From the NCBI GenBank assembly GCA_003144275.1, contig NJBF01000093.1, positions 1-6,536 on the forward strand: a stretch of 6,536 bases of DNA. The letters run 5' to 3'. The DNA comes from Candidatus Heimdallarchaeota archaeon B3_Heim (GTDB lineage Archaea; Asgardarchaeota; Heimdallarchaeia; Hodarchaeales; Hodarchaeaceae). The notes under the pieces were generated by a model. The model had not been told where the DNA came from and did not search any database. It saw nothing but the letters and a program-made list of their open reading frames with translations. Positions 1 through 5,475 of this stretch are shown here, one piece after another. Every line of letters starts with the position of its first letter. Position 1 is the stretch's first letter. The translations under genes were made by a program, and so were the position numbers.

Positions 1-46
1 TTGAAGCCTGCTCCTGTAAGCCGGCTCCGAGGGGCCTACCCTCATC
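1..46 (-). ncRNA. Candidate 5' end of a structured non-coding RNA, truncated by the window edge; identity unknown
   Basis: 29/46 G+C in AT-rich surroundings. The minus strand folds into GAGGG-UAGGC-CCCUC (43-29) and GGAGCC-G-GCUU-ACAG-GAGC-A-GGCUUC (28-3). The second hairpin uses two G.U pairs that would be A.C mismatches on the plus strand. A TATA-like tract (73-84) lies about 25-30 nt upstream on the minus strand. Alternative reading: leaderless ORF MRVGPSEPAYRSRLQ from ATG at 45. Confidence 0.3.
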
Positions 47-72
47 TTTTGTGCAGTTGCGCACACTTTTGA

Positions 73-84
73 CTATATATTAAA
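73..84 (-). promoter_or_regulatory. TATA-like element (TTTAATATATAG) flanked by GCGCAC-containing inverted repeats
   Basis: Resembles archaeal TTTAWATA; spacing would put a start site at about 46-54. No purine-rich BRE upstream (T-tract instead), so support is weak. Confidence 0.3.
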
Positions 85-373
85 AAAAAGTGCGCTCGTG
101 GCGCACTAGCAGATATCACAACATTTTTGTTGTTATCTTGTCCGTAAAGTATGACAATGAATTATTGTCCGAGGGCAATTCGACGTCATTGCTGATTCGC
201 TTTTTCCCAAAATATTTTCTAATTGAGTATTTGCCTTCCATTTGCTTCTCTATATGTCTTATCAATCTCCAACTTTTTTTTAATTATATTAGCCCTGATT
301 CATCACATAGGATTTATTCTCAAAATTTAGCTATTACTTATGATGAATTGCTTTCACTTCAATCAACCGCCTA

Positions 374-1798
374 TCACACTGTAGGTTTGATATTTTGGTT
401 ATTATGAAAAATGTTCTCAGGGTCATATTTCTTTTTAATCTGTTTCAGTCGAGCATAGTTCGCACCGTAAGCCGCCGCCACCCGGTCGCTTTCGTCTCCA
501 GTCATGAAGTTCACATAAGCACCACCAATTGAAAACGGTTGCAAAGCTTTCCAAAATTCACGTGTCCATTTGATGTGCTTATCTGATTCACTCGGATCAA
601 TCCATGTGGTATTGAGGATGAGTGAATAAGCAGCATTTCGATGATTATATGCGGTTGAATCTTCGTTAATACGACTTACTGCACCACCAAGGTGGAAACC
701 AGCAATTACAGATAGGGGTGACGTAATCTTTGAAGCGTGTTCAACTAGCGTATCAATAAAATCATCGCTAAAGGCAGGGAGGTATTCTGATTTTACGTAG
801 TAATTCCAGCCTGGTAGAACACCAGTATCTAACATAGATTGGAGTGTTTGAAAGGGCTTTGGGCCAATTCCGTCAATCAATGGTGTTCCATATTTCCTTA
901 AAGGTGCAATTATTGGTTCTCCATCTTCAATAGACCCCGTGTATAAAACTATAACTCCAACGACTGGTTTTCCGTGGAGTTTTTGTGGTAAGAAAGGTGC
1001 TGGTGGAGCAAGACGAAGAAGTGGAACTACTGCAAGCTCATCAGGGGCGTCAACAATGAAATCGCGGTAAAAACGCAAAAACTCACGAGCCTTATCCATT
1101 GAGTGAAGAAGCATCCCACCAAGAACTATCGGACCGACTTTCTGTAGTTTATACTCGAACGAGGTAACAATACCAAAGTTACCTCCGCCACCACGTATTC
1201 CCCAGAAGAGGTCCTCATTTTCTGTATTACTTGCGGTCAGAAATTCACCATTAGCTGTAACCATATCAACCGAAATAAGGTTGTCAATGGTAAGTCCGTA
1301 CTTACGGGAAGTATAACCAAATCCCCCACCAAGAGTTAATCCTGCAATACCAGTTGTTGTTACTATACCAGACGGAACGGACAAACCGAAAATTTGAGTC
1401 TCCCGATCAAGCTCTCCAAGAGTAACACCGGCTTGAGCACGTGCTGTATTTGATTTGAGATCCACATGTATACCTTTCATACAAGAAAGATCAATCACCA
1501 TTCCATCATCACACAAAGCATTACCCGCCACGTTGTGGCCACCACCTCGAACAGATACTAAAATGTTGTGTTTTCTGGCGAATTTAACCGCGTCAATAAC
1601 ATCTGCAGGACCAGTACAACGTACAATCATCGCAGGACATTTATCAATCATACCATTCCAAATCCTACGAGCACTGTCATATTCCGTATCTGTAGGTAGA
1701 AGTACATCACCTTGGATCAAGGATTTCAGTTTTTCCAAATCATTTTCATTCAGAAAAACCTCTTCATACGATGTAGTCATAGTTTTGATTTTAGACAT
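374..1798 (-). CDS. FAD-binding oxidoreductase, berberine-bridge-enzyme / 6-hydroxy-D-nicotine oxidase-like (FAD_binding_4 + BBE C-terminal domain), 474 aa
   Basis: RGGGH88 covalent-FAD motif, TGIAGLTLGGGFG, EDLFWGIRGGGGNFGIVTSFEY, and C-terminal AYVNF...RLKQIKKKYDPENIFHNNQNI. Stops TGA TAG. GGAGG ribosome-binding site upstream of ATG. Confidence 0.93.
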   Translation of the reverse strand: MSKIKTMTTSYEEVFLNENDLEKLKSLIQGDVLLPTDTEYDSARRIWNGMIDKCPAMIVRCTGPADVIDAVKFARKHNILVSVRGGGHNVAGNALCDDGMVIDLSCMKGIHVDLKSNTARAQAGVTLGELDRETQIFGLSVPSGIVTTTGIAGLTLGGGFGYTSRKYGLTIDNLISVDMVTANGEFLTASNTENEDLFWGIRGGGGNFGIVTSFEYKLQKVGPIVLGGMLLHSMDKAREFLRFYRDFIVDAPDELAVVPLLRLAPPAPFLPQKLHGKPVVGVIVLYTGSIEDGEPIIAPLRKYGTPLIDGIGPKPFQTLQSMLDTGVLPGWNYYVKSEYLPAFSDDFIDTLVEHASKITSPLSVIAGFHLGGAVSRINEDSTAYNHRNAAYSLILNTTWIDPSESDKHIKWTREFWKALQPFSIGGAYVNFMTGDESDRVAAAYGANYARLKQIKKKYDPENIFHNNQNIKPTV

Positions 1799-1805
1799 CC
1801 CTTGT

Positions 1806-1814
1806 CCTCCACCC
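1806..1814 (-). promoter_or_regulatory. Shine-Dalgarno site of the oxidoreductase gene
   Basis: Minus strand GGGTGGAGG-acaaggg-ATG, 7-nt spacing. Confidence 0.7.
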
Positions 1815-2238
1815 GAAATCTAATGTGTAATTCATTTTTACCAACTTTTCGTGAATGGAAAAATTAACAATTGTTAAGTATTTCTTTTTATGTTTTCGAT
1901 ACTCGTAGATCATTTCTTATGATATCTACATGATTCTCTGAATTTTTATTGTTAGCTAATTTATTATTTCAGAAAACAAGTTAAGTAGATCAGCATCTAT
2001 TTAAAAACAGTAATATTTTTTCTGGAACAAGTAGTACCATTGTGAATAAGAGAGGAACTACAATTTTAACATTAAAAAATCCATTCTTCCATGAGGAAGA
2101 CTTACCTTTATCTGATATAGAAAATAAATAGTTCAATATGAAAAATAAATTTCCTGTCCTAATGATGGTTTCTACATTAGGAATAACTAAAGTAAACGAA
2201 TCTAATAAACATGTTTCATCATGTTGTTTCAGTTTTTC

Positions 2239-2258
2239 CCAACTCCGTCAAAGGCTAG
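2239..2258. repeat. Copy 1 of a 20-bp imperfect direct repeat (CCAACTCCGTCAAAGGCTAG)
   Basis: 18/20 identical to 4210-4229, same orientation, intergenic, about 60 bp past the stop of the surface-protein gene. Confidence 0.75.
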
Positions 2259-2293
2259 TTTAGATAACAAAAGTATATACTATCGGTATATAC

Positions 2294-2328
2294 ATAATAA
2301 AAGGATAGAAGACAGAATTATGTCTTCT
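2294..2328 (-). terminator. Putative terminator of the surface-protein gene
   Basis: Perfect 8-bp stem AGAAGACA/TGTCTTCT (2307-2314/2321-2328) with the TAA stop in its 6-nt loop, followed on the minus strand by ATCCTTTTATTAT. Confidence 0.45.
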
Positions 2329-3991
2329 TAAATCTACGAATAACAACCACTAGAGCAGTAAAAGAAACAAGCATTAGGAATATACTTGGGAATGAACCTG
2401 ATGCTGCAGTCGTTGTTGGAATGATGGTTGTAGATGTGGGAGTAGATGTAGTAGTTTCTATGGTAAAAGTAATCGTAGCCATACCAATATTTCCCGCTTC
2501 ATCCACTGCAATAATGGTAATGGTATACGTCCCATCAGCAAGGTCTGAAAGTACGCTACCACTCGATTGATCGGTAGTATTGGCGACCCCATTTGTATAG
2601 ATCGTAACTGTTCCTTCAGACACGGAATAGGTCAAGGTGACACTATCCTGATCATAAGTAGAACTTGTAGGACTAGAAATACTTACCATTGGGAGGGTGA
2701 TATCAACCGTAAAAATGACTGTTTGTTTAGCAATGTGTATCTCATGATCTACAACGACAATAGTAATATTATGTGTCCCCTCGGCGAGTTCGAATAGCAA
2801 ACTACCACTAGATTGAGCAGTGGTATTAGCGATACCATCAGTAAAGATAGTCACTGTTCCTTTAGATGCAGAATAGGCTAAAGTAACACTAGTTTGACCA
2901 TATACGGAACTAGTGGGACTGATGATGTCTACAGTTGGGGGAGTGGGGTAATCACTACTATCTAGTGGGTCAGTTCCATAAGTATATTCATAACTATCCA
3001 TAAAATAATCGCCATCCGTGTCTGCAATTATAGGACTGGTTCCAATGGCTATTTCTTGGACATCTGTTAACCCATCCCCATCATGATCAATAACACCTTC
3101 ACCCAAAGGATAGAAGAAGTTTTCATAGATATAGTTACCTGATAAACTTCCAGTAATATTGTTATCTCCATTACCCCAGATCCAGTTACTATGAATGATA
3201 TTAGTGGTGGATGTTACTAAATAGATCCCGTAGTTCGTATTACTGCTTAAAACATTCGTAGTGAGAGTATTGTTAGACGAACTACTCTCAAACCAGATAC
3301 CATAAAGATTGTTGCTACTGCAGTTATTATTGGTCAGGGTATTGGAGGAACTATTATATAGATAGATACCAGAATCGAAGTTATCACTGCAATTATTATT
3401 GGTCAGAGTATTGGAGGAACTAGAGTGAAGATAGATACCCCATGTGTTATTAGTACAGGTATTGTTGGTCAGGGTATTGGAGGAACTAGAGTGAAGAGAG
3501 ATACCCTTTGTACTTGTATTACATTCATTACTCCTAATGTGACCATTGGATACATTGAATAAAGAAATCCCTACATAGAAAAACGGTTGAACATATGTGG
3601 CATTAATCAAGGTACAATTCTCAATAATGAAGTGTTTGGTAGTATCAACAATCCATATGCAATTACGACCACTCCCGTCAATGAACCAATTTGCAATGAT
3701 ATAAGGATCGGATTCGCTTCCAGTTCCAGCACTCACTCCGTTAGCACTAGTAAAAGCTGCATCCCCACTAATTGTTATTGGTGCATGGGATGTTTGCCCT
3801 GTGATTGAGTTTATTTTTCTAGAGGGCGGATAAATCGTAGGTGCTGCAACGTTCTTATCATCAAACGCCAATATTGGCTTTCTATCTACCGGTGTATTTG
3901 GTATATTTAACAAAATTCCTACAAAAATTGCTACTACCATCCAAGAAGTTATAGCTACCATTAATTTCTTTCTTTTTTTCCCTGAATCCAT
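2318..3991 (-). CDS. Membrane-anchored cell-surface protein: N-terminal signal/TM, NosD-like right-handed parallel beta-helix, DxDxDG Ca-binding-type repeats, two Ig-like modules, Thr-rich linker, C-terminal TM plus basic tail; 557 aa
   Basis: N-terminus KKRKK followed by a hydrophobic stretch. HAPITISG..F...NGVS.GSG.ESDPYII is a typical archaeal NosD-domain cap. GIxLxxSSSNTLTNN rungs; DHDGDGLTDVQEIAIGTSPIIADTDGD; two 82-aa repeats; TTTSTPTSTT...GSFPSIFLMLVSFTALVVVIRRFKKT. About 14 N-x-S/T sequons counted by eye. Confidence 0.88.
   Translation of the reverse strand: MDSGKKRKKLMVAITSWMVVAIFVGILLNIPNTPVDRKPILAFDDKNVAAPTIYPPSRKINSITGQTSHAPITISGDAAFTSANGVSAGTGSESDPYIIANWFIDGSGRNCIWIVDTTKHFIIENCTLINATYVQPFFYVGISLFNVSNGHIRSNECNTSTKGISLHSSSSNTLTNNTCTNNTWGIYLHSSSSNTLTNNNCSDNFDSGIYLYNSSSNTLTNNNCSSNNLYGIWFESSSSNNTLTTNVLSSNTNYGIYLVTSTTNIIHSNWIWGNGDNNITGSLSGNYIYENFFYPLGEGVIDHDGDGLTDVQEIAIGTSPIIADTDGDYFMDSYEYTYGTDPLDSSDYPTPPTVDIISPTSSVYGQTSVTLAYSASKGTVTIFTDGIANTTAQSSGSLLFELAEGTHNITIVVVDHEIHIAKQTVIFTVDITLPMVSISSPTSSTYDQDSVTLTYSVSEGTVTIYTNGVANTTDQSSGSVLSDLADGTYTITIIAVDEAGNIGMATITFTIETTTSTPTSTTIIPTTTAASGSFPSIFLMLVSFTALVVVIRRFKKT
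2447..2938 (-). repeat. Two tandem 246-nt (82-aa) Ig-like module repeats within the surface-protein CDS
   Basis: PTVDIISPTSSVYGQTSVTLAYSASKGTVTIFTDGIANTTAQSSGS... (2938-2693) versus PMVSISSPTSSTYDQDSVTLTYSVSEGTVTIYTNGVANTTDQSSGS... (2692-2447). Confidence 0.8.
3330..3506 (-). repeat. Three in-frame nucleotide repeats (69- and 66-nt period) encoding beta-helix rungs
   Basis: TTGGTCAG(G/A)GTATTGGAGGAACTA at 3330, 3399 and 3465. 3399-3440 and 3465-3506 match at 40/42 nt. Confidence 0.85.
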
Positions 3992-4039
3992 TTTTTTTTA
4001 ACCTTCAGATTTACTTACCTTTTCAAATAGGCCAAGTAG

Positions 4040-4053
4040 TATTTAAACCTTTT
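4040..4053 (-). promoter_or_regulatory. Archaeal BRE-TATA promoter of the surface-protein gene
   Basis: Minus strand AAAAGG (4053-4048) directly followed by TTTAAATA (4047-4040), about 50 nt upstream of the ATG at 3991. SD-like GAAGGT precedes the A-run before the ATG. Confidence 0.6.
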
Positions 4054-4209
4054 AACTGGCATATAAGAAAGGAGTTAGTGGTTTATTTTCCACCAAAAAT
4101 CTTGCATTTAATATATTGAGACAATATAGCTTACATCAGGACAAAATAGGAAAGGACATACCCAGAAAAATTATTTACAGCCGTGAATTGGTGTATTTCA
4201 CAACAAACT

Positions 4210-4229
4210 CCAACTCCGTAAAAGGCTGG
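4210..4229. repeat. Copy 2 of the 20-bp imperfect direct repeat (CCAACTCCGTAAAAGGCTGG)
   Basis: 18/20 identical to 2239-2258; intergenic, about 220 bp upstream of the surface-protein start and beyond its promoter. Confidence 0.75.
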
Positions 4230-4371
4230 ATTAACACTGTTACTAACTCATTCAATGTTTAAAGAAATTATAAGAATAAATAACTCTGGGAACATACTTA
4301 TTTATCTAGAATGACCAAACATCCAATTGTATCAGGTTCTTTGTTACATCAATTGCATTTACACTTTTTTA

Positions 4372-5253
4372 TCATTGTCTATCCTTCAAATCTATAACTG
4401 AATTTTTCAATGAAGTAAAACCATCAATCCTACATTCAATTATGTCGCCAGTATGAAGCTGGACTGCTCTTGGGGTTCCTGTAGCAATAATATCCCCAGG
4501 TAACAAAGTCATGACTTTGGAATGAAAAGAAACAAGGAAGTCTGGAGGAAAGGTCATATTCGAGATTATATTCTCAGCATATATCTCCCCATTGATCACT
4601 GTGGCTACTTGTAGCTTCATAATATCTTCAATTTCATCTGGGGTTACAATGTGTGGCCCAAAGCTAAAAAAAGTATCAAAGCTTTTTGCCCGTGTTAGAT
4701 ATCTTAGATTTTTTCTTAACAAATCTTCAGCTGTCATATCAATAATAGGTGTAAACCCTGCTACTACTTTTAACCAATCTTCAGTTTCAATATCTTTGCA
4801 TTTCTTTCCTATTATAATACCTAGCTCTGATTCACCCGTAGTTTTTATAGATTGTACTGGTATCCTTATAATATCCTTATATCCTATTATAGTTGTATCT
4901 GGTTTCATGAAGCTAGCGGGTTCAGCCAGTGGTGTTTTTACTAGTAGATCCTTAGCATGTTCCACATAATTAAGTCCAATCCCCCAAATTTTTCTAGGAT
5001 GACGATAGGGAGGAGCAAATTTAATCTTCCTAAACGGAATTATATGAGATTTTAGCTTCTCGATTTCATTCTTACCAACGGAACGATGCCAATCATTTAT
5101 TTCATTAAGCTGTCCTGTAGTTATAATTTCTAGTAATTCTGTATTCCAGTTTTTACCTAATTGCCGGTTAATTTTGTAAATTGGTAGAACTCCTGCGGAT
5201 GTTACAATAGAAGCGGTTTCAGTCAAATTCAAATTTACTGTTGCTAATCTCAA
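4372..5253 (-). CDS. Fumarylacetoacetate hydrolase (FAH) family protein, 293 aa, TTG start
   Basis: KIWGIGLNYVEH, FMKPDTT, GESELGIIIGK, IDMTAED, RAKSFDTFFSFGP, TLLPGDIIATGTP. SD-like GAGTAGGT 7 nt upstream of TTG. Stops TGA TAA. Confidence 0.92.
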   Translation of the reverse strand: MRLATVNLNLTETASIVTSAGVLPIYKINRQLGKNWNTELLEIITTGQLNEINDWHRSVGKNEIEKLKSHIIPFRKIKFAPPYRHPRKIWGIGLNYVEHAKDLLVKTPLAEPASFMKPDTTIIGYKDIIRIPVQSIKTTGESELGIIIGKKCKDIETEDWLKVVAGFTPIIDMTAEDLLRKNLRYLTRAKSFDTFFSFGPHIVTPDEIEDIMKLQVATVINGEIYAENIISNMTFPPDFLVSFHSKVMTLLPGDIIATGTPRAVQLHTGDIIECRIDGFTSLKNSVIDLKDRQ

Positions 5254-5475
5254 GATTAGTACCTACTCATCAGCTTAATCATTGATTACCCTCTTCTTAG
5301 GAATTATTAAAATATTATTATACTAGGAGATGCATATTAGTTGAATTACTATATTGGTTTCAATGTCATCAAACTAGCCACCTTCGAAGATCTGTGGTTG
5401 AATAGAGATTGATTCCAGGAAAAAGCATCATTTTTCTAGTTATCCCTTCACGAATGAATTTACATGGGTGTTAGG

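Noticed and set aside
1-12. Minus-strand GCAGGCTTCAA resembles the eukaryotic tRNA-Sec anticodon arm
   Set aside because: The 16-18 nt before it cannot form the 6-7-bp D-stem, and these bases already pair in a different hairpin; the rest of the molecule is outside the window.
29-53. Minus-strand ACAAAAGATGAGGGTAGGCCCCT loosely resembles the U6 snRNA ACAGAGA-AGC-ISL region, and GAGCC...GGCUUC resembles group II intron domain V
   Set aside because: The invariant ACAGAGA box and the AGC triad are missing at the U6-equivalent positions; the hairpin length and pairing register do not match domain V.
371-376. TGA stops of the oxidase (374-376) and FAH (4372-4374) genes as possible selenocysteine read-through
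   Set aside because: Each TGA follows a complete domain and is immediately followed by a second stop (TAG or TAA).
90-407. Plus-strand 105-aa ORF from the track
   Set aside because: GTG start without a ribosome-binding site, composition typical of AT-rich noncoding DNA, no recognisable motif, runs through several palindromes and overlaps the oxidase 3' end.
1455-1823. Antisense ORFs in the track (1455-1823, 2567-2797, 3587-3808, 4592-4969, 5783-6055, 6197-6391)
   Set aside because: All lie opposite well-supported genes, have no motifs, and are the expected shadow frames.
3330-3506. Regularly spaced repeats that could be read as a mini CRISPR array
   Set aside because: They are in-frame, encode beta-helix rungs, the 'spacers' are homologous to each other, and no cas genes are present.
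4056-4262. Plus-strand AAAGGAG (4068-4074) and a 68-codon start-less open frame divergent from the surface-protein gene
   Set aside because: The SD-like site is only 3 nt from a GTG that opens a 13-codon ORF in another frame; the longer frame has no ATG and no recognisable similarity.
5376-5436. Weak hairpins downstream of the flavodoxin-ferredoxin gene (AGCCAC/GTGGTT; GAAAAA/TTTTTC)
   Set aside because: Short or low-complexity stems, with a mismatch on the transcribed strand; not enough to call a terminator.
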